Source: Frisingicoccus sp. (lineage in GTDB: Bacteria; Bacillota; Clostridia; Lachnospirales; Lachnospiraceae). From it: a stretch of 64,000 nucleotides of DNA. Shown piece after piece: positions 48,244-58,685 of the stretch. The notes under the pieces were generated by a model. That model was not told where the DNA came from. It did not search any database and saw only the letters and a list, made by a program, of their open reading frames with translations. The stretch lies in NCBI RefSeq assembly GCF_047030795.1, contig NZ_JBKYIC010000001.1; one strand, given 5' to 3'. The translations under genes were made by a program, and so were the position numbers. Numbering within the stretch: the stretch's first letter is position 1; every line of letters starts with the position of its first letter.

Positions 48244-49392
48244 TTACCATTGAATTTCTTTCCACTGCCGCTCCTTCTGACTTTTCATAATGGCTTCGCA
48301 AAGTAATGCTTCTCTGAATCCGTCAGAAAATACAGGAAAACTTCTTTCTTTCGAATAATCACCATCCAGAATATACTGATAAACCTCTTTAAATAACTGT
48401 TTTGAAGTATCGGCAAATCCTTCATTATGGCCCCCGGGCAGTGTGATGATGCTTTGAGCACCCGGATATACTAACGATGGATCACGAATAATAATCTCAT
48501 TTCCCGTATCCCGACGTCCGATCATGAGCTGATTTGGATCTTCTGAATTCCATAAAACAGAACCTAAAGAGCCATTGATTTCAAAAGTAACTCTGTTTTT
48601 ATGACCACAGGCCATTTGATTTACTGTAAAAATACCTTTTTGTCCACCGTCAAAATGAAGTAATACGGAAGCATAATCTTCTGTATCGATATCCACGACT
48701 TCATAATCATCATTTTTTAAAATCTTACCTGACCATGTCTCAATGCCTTTTTTAGGCTTTTTCCTCTTTGGAAGAAATGTCCCCATATCCGCATTGACAT
48801 CCGTAATTTTTAAACCAGTAACATATTCTACTAAATCCATCCAATGGGTTCCGATATCCCCCACAGCTCTCGTTTCTCCACTCTGAGCAGATTCCAGACG
48901 CCAACTATAATCTGTATCCTTTACGAGCCAGTCCTGAAGATAAGAACCGGTAATTGAATATAGTTTTCCTATTTCCCCCTTCTCAATCATTTCTTTCGCA
49001 TGGCGTATCAGTGGATAATAACGTATATTAAAGTGAATCGCATTGACCAGATTTTTCTGTTCAGCTATGGAAATCAGATCTCTGGCTTCTTCCGAAGTCA
49101 TTGTCAAAGGTTTTTCACACACCACATGCTTTCCTGCTTCCAGTGCTTTTTTTACCATTGAGTAATGTAATAAATTCGGTGTACATATATGTATTACCTG
49201 AATTTGGGGATCTTCCAGCACATACTCGATGTCGTCATATACTTTATCAACACCTAATAGCAACGCTTTCCTTTGCGTTTTCTCCAAATCTCTTCCAACG
49301 AGCGCAACTACCCTTCCCAAATTCGTTCTGCGAATGGCTTCTACATGTTCTTCACCAATAAATCCGACACCAACCACCGCAACATTTAACAT
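48244..49392 (-). CDS. Gfo/Idh/MocA-family NAD(P)-dependent oxidoreductase
   Basis: 382 aa with an N-terminal Rossmann fold (VAVVGVGFIGEEH) and the GFO_IDH_MocA C-domain. Confidence 0.85.
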   Translation of the reverse strand: MLNVAVVGVGFIGEEHVEAIRRTNLGRVVALVGRDLEKTQRKALLLGVDKVYDDIEYVLEDPQIQVIHICTPNLLHYSMVKKALEAGKHVVCEKPLTMTSEEARDLISIAEQKNLVNAIHFNIRYYPLIRHAKEMIEKGEIGKLYSITGSYLQDWLVKDTDYSWRLESAQSGETRAVGDIGTHWMDLVEYVTGLKITDVNADMGTFLPKRKKPKKGIETWSGKILKNDDYEVVDIDTEDYASVLLHFDGGQKGIFTVNQMACGHKNRVTFEINGSLGSVLWNSEDPNQLMIGRRDTGNEIIIRDPSLVYPGAQSIITLPGGHNEGFADTSKQLFKEVYQYILDGDYSKERSFPVFSDGFREALLCEAIMKSQKERQWKEIQW

Positions 49393-49745
49393 TTTTCACC
49401 ACCCCTTTTTGTTTTGTGTAAATATATTAACATTTTGTTTTGATTAAATATTACATCTTCTACCTTTTATTGTCAATTGGTTTTGTCATTTTCTACACTA
49501 TCGCCATTTTTTGTCTTAGCATTTTGTGCATAATTTTATATTTTTTGTATTTACTTTTTCCATAATTAATATATTATATTAATATATGGTGTAAATTTTT
49601 ACATTTTTATATTAATTCTATCCATACCATTACATTTGCTACACTTTTTGTTGTCAAAAAATTTATAGCTATTTATTTTTAATTTGACAAATTCTACATT
49701 TCACGCTATTTTATTGTTAGATGATTAAACTTTAGGGGATTTTAT

Positions 49746-50699
49746 ATGGAAATTAAGCAGGAAAAAGCTGAACGACTTGTTCAGATAGCAAAGATGTACT
49801 ATGAAGAAAATTTAACACAAAGTGAGATTGCAAAAGAAATCGGTGTATCCCGTGCCCTGATCTGTCGTCTTTTAAATGAGGCAAAAAAATATGGCATTGT
49901 TACAATACAGATTCATTCACCGGAAGAGGATTATTCTCTTCTGAAAAATCAGATTCGAAACCGCTTTAAGATTGATGACGTCTTTATCGTAAATGCCCCA
50001 TTAGGACAAAAAATAACCGATGAACGCATCTCGGAAAGTTTTTCAGATGTTCTTTTGAATTTATTGCCGTCCTGCAGCAACATCGGATGTAGTTGGGGAA
50101 AGATCATTCATGAAGCTCTCGAAAGCCTTGCATCAAAAAAAATAGACTTTCAACTTTCTGCGAATGCCAGTGTCTTTCCGCTGGCCGGTAACATGATTAC
50201 AACAGGGTATTCTATTGACGCGCAAAAAATTGTCCAGACATTTTCTCTGTGTTTCAATGCGACACCAAACTTTTTATATGCGCCAGCCTTTTTAGAAAGC
50301 CCGATGGAATTGGACCTGTATCACAAAACAGAGAATTATAAAAATATTGCTCAATGCTGGAAAAACATTGATCTGGCTATCATAAAAATTGACAACTATC
50401 CAACCAGCCCAGACCTGGGTACTGCGGCCAGATATAAAGTTTTATTGAAAGAAAAGCATGCCTGCGGCAGCTTTCTCGCATATTATTACAACCTTCAAGG
50501 TGAGATTATCCGTTCGGATTTCGATTACAGTATACAGATTCCTATTGAATATTTGGCATCCTGTAAAAAGGTCATCGGTATCTGTTCATCAAATGTTATG
50601 CCAAAAAGTCTGCTTGGAGCAATGAATACCGGACTTTTTACCCATATTATTGCCTCTCAGGATTTGCTGGAATCCGTTCTTGACCTGAAACGCATATAA
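49746..50699 (+). CDS. SorC/DeoR-family sugar-binding transcriptional regulator (LsrR-like)
   Basis: 317 aa with an N-terminal HTH (LTQSEIAKEIGVSRALICRLL) and a SorC sugar-binding domain. It is divergent from the lsr-like operon. Confidence 0.8.
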   Translation: MEIKQEKAERLVQIAKMYYEENLTQSEIAKEIGVSRALICRLLNEAKKYGIVTIQIHSPEEDYSLLKNQIRNRFKIDDVFIVNAPLGQKITDERISESFSDVLLNLLPSCSNIGCSWGKIIHEALESLASKKIDFQLSANASVFPLAGNMITTGYSIDAQKIVQTFSLCFNATPNFLYAPAFLESPMELDLYHKTENYKNIAQCWKNIDLAIIKIDNYPTSPDLGTAARYKVLLKEKHACGSFLAYYYNLQGEIIRSDFDYSIQIPIEYLASCKKVIGICSSNVMPKSLLGAMNTGLFTHIIASQDLLESVLDLKRI

Positions 50700-50783
50700 A
50701 AAATCCCCCGATACAATCTAATGTATCGGGGGATTTTACAGAACACTCTGTAAAATTCAAAAACCAGCTTAAAATTTTTTATC

Positions 50784-51695
50784 TTACCCTGCGATCATCA
50801 TACAAAGCGGAATGGTCACGATTGATAACAGGGTCGTCATACCGAAAAGTTCTGTCGCATAGTAATCATCCCGGCCATAGAGAATCGCCATGGTGATGGT
50901 CATGGCTCCCGACGGACAGGCTGCTGTCACCGCCGCGACAACCCGCATCTGTTCATCAATCGGAATGAAGCGAAGCAGCAGGGCGAAGATAGCTGATGAA
51001 ACGATCAGTCGAAGGGCCACAACAAAAAACATCCGGCCTTTTTTCAATGTATCCTTAAAATTCAACTGAGCCATAATGGCACCAGACAAAAGCATGGCCA
51101 GCGGTGTATTCATATCGGCAATAGAATTCATGGCAAATGCGATGTTTGTTGGAATCTTCAGCTGAAAGATAAAGCACAGGATTCCTTCGCAGACCGCAAT
51201 CAGGCATGGATTAATCAGTTTCTTCGGCTGAAATCCACTGTTATCCAGCAAAAGAATACCGTGTGTCCAACAGAATATATGGAATGTAGCCACAAATACA
51301 GTCGCATAAATAACACCAATGCTGCCAAAAAGGGCATATCCCAACGGAACACCGATAAAACCACAGTTGGTATAGGTCACAGCAAATTTTTCAACGGCCA
51401 GGTCATACCCTTCCTTTTTATGGAGTAAAAAATGAGCCAGTGTGATTGAAATCACATAACTGATGATTGCCAGCACAAACAATAGTCCCATATTTTTCAA
51501 AAGCGCCGTATCGTATTCCATCTGGAAAGACATAAAGATCAATATAGGATTTACAATCAAAGTACTCAGTCTTGAAAGTTTTTCTTTGGTATTATTATCA
51601 ATGATGCCAACTTTATAACAGATGACTCCAACCACCATAATAATGAATATGGATACAATCTTGCCCAACACTGTGGATACAATCATCTCTGCCAA
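50784..51695 (-). CDS. AEC-family (auxin efflux carrier-like) membrane transporter
   Basis: 303-aa ten-TM Mem_trans family protein. Confidence 0.75.
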   Translation of the reverse strand: MAEMIVSTVLGKIVSIFIIMVVGVICYKVGIIDNNTKEKLSRLSTLIVNPILIFMSFQMEYDTALLKNMGLLFVLAIISYVISITLAHFLLHKKEGYDLAVEKFAVTYTNCGFIGVPLGYALFGSIGVIYATVFVATFHIFCWTHGILLLDNSGFQPKKLINPCLIAVCEGILCFIFQLKIPTNIAFAMNSIADMNTPLAMLLSGAIMAQLNFKDTLKKGRMFFVVALRLIVSSAIFALLLRFIPIDEQMRVVAAVTAACPSGAMTITMAILYGRDDYYATELFGMTTLLSIVTIPLCMMIAG

Positions 51696-51734
51696 TCTCC
51701 TTTTCTTTTGAATATGATTCTGACAATTATAGCA

Positions 51735-52913
51735 TTATCTTGCCATTTGGTAAATACGCATCATATCCTCTTTTTCCAGCTTTTTAAAGCCGCCGATATA
51801 CCGCGTTTCCATAAAACTGCATTTATAAGCAAGTGTTTCGATCTGCTCATCGGTCAATTCAATTCCCATCTCATGGACAGATGTCGGCATCTGTATATCC
51901 CGGAAAAAGCCTTCCACAGCCCGAATACCTTCCAGCGCTGTCTTCTCCGGATGATTAAAGTCCTGAGGAATACCCATAACATTCACTGCAAACTGGGCAA
52001 AACGTTTTGGGTTTTCCATGTAGACATATCTGGCCCAACTTCCCCAAATAGCCGCCAGCCCGGCGCCATGAGCCACGTCAAACATACCGCTGAGCTCGTG
52101 TTCCAGCTGATGGCTTGCCCAGTCAGAGGACAGTCCGCAGCCAGTCAGATTATTATGTGATAAACTGCTCGCCCACATCAATGATGCCCGGGCATTATAA
52201 TTTTCCGGTTCTTCCATGAGAATCCGGGCATTATGAATCACAGAAACCATCAGCCCCTCAGCAATTCGGTCTGTAATTTCGAAATCCGTCTCCGGATTAA
52301 AATACCGCTCCATTGTGTGCATTAAAATATCCACAGCACCGCACTGGGTCTGGTACATCGGCAGAGTATAAGTCAATTCCGGATTCATAATGGCAAACCG
52401 GCAACGGCTGATATCATTACTGTATCCCCGCTTGATCCAGCCGTCCTCATTTGTAATCACCGACGACCAGCTCATTTCACTGCCGGCGGCAGCAATGGTC
52501 AGCACAGCGCCGATTGGTAGGCAGGCCTCTGCCTCCCGCTTTCTGTTATAGATATCCCATACATCCCCTTCGTTGGCAACGCCGTAGCCAATTCCCTTTG
52601 CTGAATCAATGACACTGCCTCCGCCAACAGCAAGAATAAAGTCCACGCCGGCCTCTTTGCACATGCGGATACCCTCATACACAAGAGATAATCTCGGATT
52701 CGGCACTACGCCGCCCAGAGAAATATACTCGATACCAGCTTCTTTTAAGGATGCTTCGATTCGCCCTAAAAGACCGGACTTTTTCGCACTCTGTCCACCG
52801 TAATGAAGCAATACCTTCCGGCACCCCTGCTCCCTGACAAGCCGTCCAACTTCCTTTTCCGTATCTTTTCCAAAAATCACCCGCGTCGGTGTATAGTATT
52901 CAAAATTAATCAT
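51735..52913 (-). CDS. Iron-containing (group III) alcohol dehydrogenase
   Basis: 392 aa with Fe-ADH motifs (GGGSVIDSAK; HxxxH metal ligands). Confidence 0.85.
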   Translation of the reverse strand: MINFEYYTPTRVIFGKDTEKEVGRLVREQGCRKVLLHYGGQSAKKSGLLGRIEASLKEAGIEYISLGGVVPNPRLSLVYEGIRMCKEAGVDFILAVGGGSVIDSAKGIGYGVANEGDVWDIYNRKREAEACLPIGAVLTIAAAGSEMSWSSVITNEDGWIKRGYSNDISRCRFAIMNPELTYTLPMYQTQCGAVDILMHTMERYFNPETDFEITDRIAEGLMVSVIHNARILMEEPENYNARASLMWASSLSHNNLTGCGLSSDWASHQLEHELSGMFDVAHGAGLAAIWGSWARYVYMENPKRFAQFAVNVMGIPQDFNHPEKTALEGIRAVEGFFRDIQMPTSVHEMGIELTDEQIETLAYKCSFMETRYIGGFKKLEKEDMMRIYQMAR

Positions 52914-53002
52914 TTTCTTACCCCTTCCCCAAATATCATTATGAAAAAGCCCAGATATCTCTTCCGATATCTGAGCCCTTTATTTACTGTCTGACCTGAT
53001 GC

Positions 53003-53512
53003 TTATCTTCCGCAGCAGAATTTGTATTTTTTACCACTACCGCATGGACATGGTTCATTTCTTCCAATTTTTTTGCCTTTAACCACGATCATGGAACGTT
53101 TCTGAGCTTTATAAAGTTCTTTTCTCTTCTCTTCATCAAGAAGTTTATCCCACTGAGGCAGTTCATACAGCCACTCAGCCTTTGCTGCCACCATATTATA
53201 ATAAAGTTTTTCCAGATCAATATCAATTGTTACCTGGCTGTCTGCTTCAATCGTATCCACCGGGTTCGGCTCTTTTAAGCTCTCATTGATGCCATCCAGA
53301 AAACCACCGAAAAGAACAACATCCATTTCAAACTTATCAGCCAGTTCCTGAACTGTTCCTGAAATGACTTCTACAGGCTCCTCCAATAATTTTTCATAAA
53401 CACCTTTTTCCTGAAGATAATAGTCTGTCCAGAATTTCTGCTGAGCCTGTGCATTATTATTAAATACAGACACCATATCTTCCCATTGCTGCATTAAACT
53501 CATTGTATTCAC
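53003..53512 (-). CDS. SEC-C metal-binding motif protein
   Basis: 169 aa with a C-terminal [14 protein letters not shown] SecA-C-type zinc motif. Confidence 0.65.
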   Translation of the reverse strand: MNTMSLMQQWEDMVSVFNNNAQAQQKFWTDYYLQEKGVYEKLLEEPVEVISGTVQELADKFEMDVVLFGGFLDGINESLKEPNPVDTIEADSQVTIDIDLEKLYYNMVAAKAEWLYELPQWDKLLDEEKRKELYKAQKRSMIVVKGKKIGRNEPCPCGSGKKYKFCCGR

Positions 53513-53668
53513 CTTATCCTTTGATTTTTTTAAGTCTTATAACAATTTTCTATTATATAGAATCCACTGATTAATGTCAAATATTGATTTTTTATCAAAA
53601 GAAAAGTCATTGAGACTTCTCCTTTTCCGGAAGATCATCCCAATGACCCACGCCTTTGATTCACTTTA

Positions 53669-54238
53669 TCAGCAGCCCATACACCGCAGCAAATGACACA
53701 TCTGCCTTATTCCACGCTCCTGAGATGTGATGATTGCTTCAAGAATCGGCCGAAGTTCCGGACAGATATGGTATCGAAGGGCATTTTTCGACATTTCTAC
53801 AGCGCCCCGATGATGGGGAATCATTTCCCACATAAAATCACAATTCACCTGATTTGTGACCCGGGCGTTTCCCATATCACAAAACATCCTCTGCATAATT
53901 TGATTTACCCGATTCTGGTAATGGCACAACTCCTGCTCGCTATTGCCGAACTTACCGCACTGACATTGAATCTGTTGCATATTTTCAATACTTTTCATCT
54001 GCTCCGAAATAATTCCGAGGGCAATCTCCTGAAGTGGAATACACGTTGTATACTTCAAAATATTCCCGGACATTTCGATGGCCGCCCGGTGATGGGGAAT
54101 CATCTGGACAATAAAATTATCTGATATGCTGCCCGTCAATTCGGCCTCCGTCATTCCCTGAATCATTTCTGAAAGAATACCCTCATATGTCTCCAAATAC
54201 ACCGTCGTCACACGACTTAATCTGCACTGTCTGTTCAT
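53669..54238 (-). CDS. DUF305-domain protein (start uncertain)
   Basis: Two MIPHHRxA(I/V)EMS motifs typical of DUF305. The long ORF overlaps the upstream gene by 64 nt, so an internal ATG was taken. Confidence 0.55.
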   Translation of the reverse strand: MNRQCRLSRVTTVYLETYEGILSEMIQGMTEAELTGSISDNFIVQMIPHHRAAIEMSGNILKYTTCIPLQEIALGIISEQMKSIENMQQIQCQCGKFGNSEQELCHYQNRVNQIMQRMFCDMGNARVTNQVNCDFMWEMIPHHRGAVEMSKNALRYHICPELRPILEAIITSQERGIRQMCHLLRCMGC

Positions 54239-54254
54239 TGCCTGCTGCCTTTTT

Positions 54255-55289
54255 TTATCTATTATATGCACCAGATGAATACTTATACCGATAAACAAAT
54301 CTCTGTATTCTTGCATCAATGCTATTCAACGGACGGGCAGCAGAGGCCTTCTCTCCATATAGAGCAGCCATGCAGCCTTTTTCCAGAATCGTTTTCACTG
54401 CCAGCGCGTCTTCTTTCGTATTGCCGGTACAAAGTGCCCCATATCCTTTAATGAAAACTGCATTTTTATGTCGAAGTTCTCTTACCATCGATTTCACATC
54501 TGAAATATCACAGCGACCAATATTTACCCCCGCGATCTGAGATAAATCGTCCAGCCAGGGTGAAAGCTTTTCACCTTTTTTGCTAAAGAAGAGGGTTGCT
54601 ACTTCTCCTGTATAAATGACATGGTTTGCGCCGCAGCCGCGTCGTATCCTGATATACAGCTCTTTCGTAAGTTCCGGCGGCCTCTTTCGGACCGAATCGC
54701 CCTCCCGAACCATACTATGATACTTTTTTTCGGCAGCAGATTCCAGTGCTTCCGCCTCCAGGAAGGCGGTTTCCAGGTCACTGCTCACAAGGAGCGCACC
54801 ATGTCTGGGAAGGAGAAATCCCCTGCTTTTGGGATAATCCGATACGGTCTTTCTGACCGCTTTTCTGAGCTTTTTCGTTCCCGGCATCCCATAGGCCGTA
54901 CAGGGCGCCATATCCCCTAACAGGGCCTTTTCTTTTTCCGATTCTATCAACAGCCCTTCCGGACATACACTAATTACGGAAGCGGCCTTCTGATGTGTAT
55001 GGATAACAGCTCCGACAGAAGGTCGAAGCTTATAAACATCTGCATGGATTCCCGCCTCACTGGAAGGTTTGACATGGCCTTCATAGGACACATCCCGGAT
55101 ATTTACCGTCACAACCTTATCCTCTGTCAGCGTATCATAGGAAAGTCCACTTGGCGTAATGACAAATTGTGTATCCGAAATTCTCGCACTGATATTGCCC
55201 CAGGTTCTCGCAACCAACCCTTTTTTAACCAGCTCCTTTGCAGCCTGTATCACGGCTCTTTTCGCTTTTTCCTCGTCAGTTGCCATCAC
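54255..55289 (-). CDS. Tandem class II aldolase/adducin-fold protein
   Basis: The N-terminal domain has class II aldolase motifs (GNISARI...; VIHTHQ), and the second half is a degenerate copy. Confidence 0.6.
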   Translation of the reverse strand: MMATDEEKAKRAVIQAAKELVKKGLVARTWGNISARISDTQFVITPSGLSYDTLTEDKVVTVNIRDVSYEGHVKPSSEAGIHADVYKLRPSVGAVIHTHQKAASVISVCPEGLLIESEKEKALLGDMAPCTAYGMPGTKKLRKAVRKTVSDYPKSRGFLLPRHGALLVSSDLETAFLEAEALESAAEKKYHSMVREGDSVRKRPPELTKELYIRIRRGCGANHVIYTGEVATLFFSKKGEKLSPWLDDLSQIAGVNIGRCDISDVKSMVRELRHKNAVFIKGYGALCTGNTKEDALAVKTILEKGCMAALYGEKASAARPLNSIDARIQRFVYRYKYSSGAYNR

Positions 55290-55659
55290 TTTTTTCCTCC
55301 CCGTCGCTAAAATAGGAATAAGTCATGTCTGAGGTGCTGATCAAATCAGCTTCTGTTCCAAAAAGATGCTTAATCAGAACTTCCCCTCTTCCCAGACGCT
55401 GCTTAACGCAAATTCCATTTAACATCTCCATGAGTTCTCCAATCTTTTCCTTTGGAATTTCCTGTGACGTCCGTACCGGAAGCACTGGAAAATCTTCAAA
55501 GGCCGTAGCCACCGTACTGCATACCGTCCTCTTTGGGCAATTCATCTCTTCTGTGGCAAACCGGATGCCTCTTTCGCATTTTGCATTATGTACATTTCCC
55601 TCATCATCTACCTGGAGACGACATCCATTCGGACATACGATACAAACAAATTCCTTCAT
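55276..55659 (-). CDS. DUF1667-domain protein (small subunit of anaerobic glycerol-3-phosphate dehydrogenase-like complex)
   Basis: 127 aa with an N-terminal CxxCxxGC motif, located downstream of the two FAD-oxidoreductase genes. Confidence 0.65.
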   Translation of the reverse strand: MKEFVCIVCPNGCRLQVDDEGNVHNAKCERGIRFATEEMNCPKRTVCSTVATAFEDFPVLPVRTSQEIPKEKIGELMEMLNGICVKQRLGRGEVLIKHLFGTEADLISTSDMTYSYFSDGEEKSDGN

Positions 55660-55663
55660 TCCT

Positions 55664-56911
55664 TTATGCCTCCTCCAAAATAATCTTTACCGTCTGATTT
55701 TTTCGGATTGAAAACCCGGAAAAATCCATCTGAAGCCGCTCCATCTCCGGTGGGCGTATCACCTGGTATTTTTTTTCAAATACAGTCTTTCCGTCAATTT
55801 TGATTTTTAATTTTGCGTTCCGCATTTCCCGGGCCGAACGAAAATACATGGTCACATTGTCAAGCGATGCTGAAAGGTTCAGCCGTTCCGGCACCACATA
55901 GGATGTTCCCTCACCGGGTAATACGGGGATTAGAATTCGTTCTTTCTTCTCATAGTGGGCGCTGTTTTTTCCGGCAGACCATGCATTTTCTGTGACATAG
56001 TCAACAAGGTCATTCACATGAAGAGCATTTCCGGCGCAAAAAATCCCCTCAACCTCTGACATATACTCCTGGTCACATACCGGACCTCTGGTCCTTTCAT
56101 CGATCGGCACATCCAGACTTTCCGCCAGCTCATTCTCCGGAATCAGCCCGACCGACAAAATCAGTCCGTCACACTCAATTCTTTCTTCCGTTCCCGGTAC
56201 CGGCTTCATGTTTTCATCCACCTTCATGACTTCTACTCCGGTCAGCCTGTCGTCGCCAAACACCCTTGTCACCGTATGGGACAGGTGAAGCGGGATATCA
56301 AAATCTTTCAGACATTGATGAATATTACGGGTCAGTCCGGAAGGCGTGGATTTCGCCTCATAAACGCCCAATACCTCGGCGCCTTCAAGGGTCAGCCGCC
56401 GCGCCATGATCAGACCGATATCCCCCGAACCGAGAATCACACATCGCTTCACCGGCATTTCGCCCATCAGATTTACATAATACTGCGCCGTCCCCGCCGT
56501 ATAGATGCCGGATGGTCTTGTCCCATGAATAAACACCTGTTTCGCCGTCCGCTCCCTGCATCCGGTAGCAAGAACAATAACTTTTGTCCTTATATGTCCG
56601 GCTCCATCCCGATTCACGTAATAAATGACAAATTCATTCTTTACTTTTTTAATCTTTGTCACAAAGGTAAGAAGTTTTTTCTCTATATCTGATGCAAGCA
56701 CCTTGTCAATAAAACGTTCACTGTATTCCGGCCCGCTCAATCTCTCTCCAAAAGTCATCAACCCGAAGCCATCGTGGATACATTGTTTCAAAATGCCGCC
56801 AAGTTTTCTCTCTCTTTCAATCAGCAGAACTTTTGCCCCTTCTTTGTCTGCCGCCAGCGCCGCCGCCAGTCCCGCCGGTCCGCCGCCGATTACCGTCACA
56901 TCATATCTCAT
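55664..56911 (-). CDS. NAD(P)/FAD-dependent oxidoreductase (pyridine nucleotide-disulfide family)
   Basis: 415 aa with two dinucleotide-binding motifs (VIGGGPAGLAAAL; ILGSGDIGL). Confidence 0.8.
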   Translation of the reverse strand: MRYDVTVIGGGPAGLAAALAADKEGAKVLLIERERKLGGILKQCIHDGFGLMTFGERLSGPEYSERFIDKVLASDIEKKLLTFVTKIKKVKNEFVIYYVNRDGAGHIRTKVIVLATGCRERTAKQVFIHGTRPSGIYTAGTAQYYVNLMGEMPVKRCVILGSGDIGLIMARRLTLEGAEVLGVYEAKSTPSGLTRNIHQCLKDFDIPLHLSHTVTRVFGDDRLTGVEVMKVDENMKPVPGTEERIECDGLILSVGLIPENELAESLDVPIDERTRGPVCDQEYMSEVEGIFCAGNALHVNDLVDYVTENAWSAGKNSAHYEKKERILIPVLPGEGTSYVVPERLNLSASLDNVTMYFRSAREMRNAKLKIKIDGKTVFEKKYQVIRPPEMERLQMDFSGFSIRKNQTVKIILEEA

Positions 56912-58680
56912 TTTCCGGCCTCCTTTGTTCTTCTGAAAAGAATCCTACTTTCCTTTGTATTCTTCTTGATATCTTCAACAGAACATCCGCATTCCTTTGC
57001 CAGAATCTGTACGACAAGCGGCGAACAGAATCCTCCCTGGCATCTTCCCATACCAGGTCTGCAGCGCCGTTTTACTGCATCCAGCGTATAAACCGGAAGC
57101 GGAGAACGAAGAACATCCAGTATCTCGCCCTTTGAAATTTCCTCACACCGGCATACAATTTCCCCATAATCCGGATTTTCTTTAATTAAAGCGTCTCTCT
57201 CTTTCTCTGAAAGTGAAGCAAGATGAGGCGTCCCTTTCCGGATTGGATTAAAATCCGTATTTCTCTTTACAGGCCCTGTTTCTCTTAAATAAGCCACCGC
57301 CCAATGAGCAAGTTTTACGCCGATGGCCGGTGCGGCTGTTGCCCCAGGTGACTGGATTCCCGCCGCCTCCAGAATATTTTTGCAGAAAATCCCCTTCCGA
57401 ACCTGAAAATCCTCTTCATATGTCGGAGCGCGCACTCCGGCAAAATAAGCAATCACATCCGATGGTTTTATTTTCTCCGCCACCTGCATCTGTTCTCTCA
57501 AAATCCGCTCTGTCGTTTCTCTGTCCGTCGTCACATCTTCCCGATCCGGAATTTCCTGAACATCCGGGCCTACGATCATATTTTTATCCACCGTATGAAT
57601 GACAGCAATTCCTTTGCTTGTATTTTCATGAGACAAAGCAAATTTTATCATCTTTATCCGTTCCGCCGCGCCGAGTTTCCTGCCCTTTCCCAGAACAGTA
57701 ATGGGCGACTTTACCTCTGTGGTACGAATGTATTTTCCAACTTTCTTATCTAAAATGATGTCTGTTCCCTTTCTTGGGTGAATGGTGAAAGTCCGGTCTC
57801 CCGCCATCTGAGCAATGACGTCCGCATATACGCCCGCCGCATTAATGACAAGCTTCGGGTAGATCGTCCCTCTGTTTGTTTTCACAGAATAGATTTTCCC
57901 ATCTTTTGTCTCCATGTCCAGAACCGCCGTATTCAGACAGATTTTCACGCCGTTGGTCACAGCGTTTTCTGCCAGCGCAACATTGACTTTATAAGGAGAT
58001 GTAAAGCCTCCCGTCGGCATATATAAAGCGCCGTAAGCCCATGACGGAGCATAGGGTTCGATTTTTAGCAATTGTTCTCTGTTTAAATATCGCACGCCCG
58101 GAATATGAAGCCGTTTTGAATTCATCACCAAAAGCTTCGGTAAAATTTTTTCCCATTTTGCTCCGATGAGCATTAAATGTCCGGTGCGCTCAAAAGGAAA
58201 ATCCAGCTCCTTTGACAATCTGGAATATATGACGTTTCCTCTGTAATTAAAATAATTTTTCTGAGACGACGGAGAATAGTTAATTCCCACATGCACCGCG
58301 CCTCCATTTCTTGAAGATTGTCCGGCAGCCACATCCGCCCCCTTCTCCACAAGCATAATATTCAAACGATAGCGGGACAACTCCCTTGCGGCGGCGCAGC
58401 CGGTTAAGCCCCCGCCGATGATCAATACATCCGGCTTCTCTCCATCATAAAGGCTATCCTTCTCACTCGGAAGTTTTTCCTTTGGCTGGTATCCCTTCAG
58501 CCGAATATCATTAATCACACCGTAATATTTCTTACGATCCACAGCGAGCCGTCCGGCTTTGACCACGGTTTCCCATTGATCCACTTCGCCCCGAAGAACA
58601 ATACACCCCTTTTCCTCAGTGACCTCAATGTTCGGCGAAAGCGCCTTGATCTTTTTTACTTTGCTTCTAAAACTGCTCAC
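56908..58680 (-). CDS. FAD-dependent glycerol-3-phosphate dehydrogenase-like oxidoreductase with BFD-like [2Fe-2S] domain
   Basis: 590 aa with a DAO-type FAD fold (VLIIGGGLTGCAAARELS) and a C-terminal CRCE...C-x-P-x-GRCQGGFC motif. Confidence 0.8.
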   Translation of the reverse strand: MSSFRSKVKKIKALSPNIEVTEEKGCIVLRGEVDQWETVVKAGRLAVDRKKYYGVINDIRLKGYQPKEKLPSEKDSLYDGEKPDVLIIGGGLTGCAAARELSRYRLNIMLVEKGADVAAGQSSRNGGAVHVGINYSPSSQKNYFNYRGNVIYSRLSKELDFPFERTGHLMLIGAKWEKILPKLLVMNSKRLHIPGVRYLNREQLLKIEPYAPSWAYGALYMPTGGFTSPYKVNVALAENAVTNGVKICLNTAVLDMETKDGKIYSVKTNRGTIYPKLVINAAGVYADVIAQMAGDRTFTIHPRKGTDIILDKKVGKYIRTTEVKSPITVLGKGRKLGAAERIKMIKFALSHENTSKGIAVIHTVDKNMIVGPDVQEIPDREDVTTDRETTERILREQMQVAEKIKPSDVIAYFAGVRAPTYEEDFQVRKGIFCKNILEAAGIQSPGATAAPAIGVKLAHWAVAYLRETGPVKRNTDFNPIRKGTPHLASLSEKERDALIKENPDYGEIVCRCEEISKGEILDVLRSPLPVYTLDAVKRRCRPGMGRCQGGFCSPLVVQILAKECGCSVEDIKKNTKESRILFRRTKEAGK

Positions 58681-58685
58681 GAACT

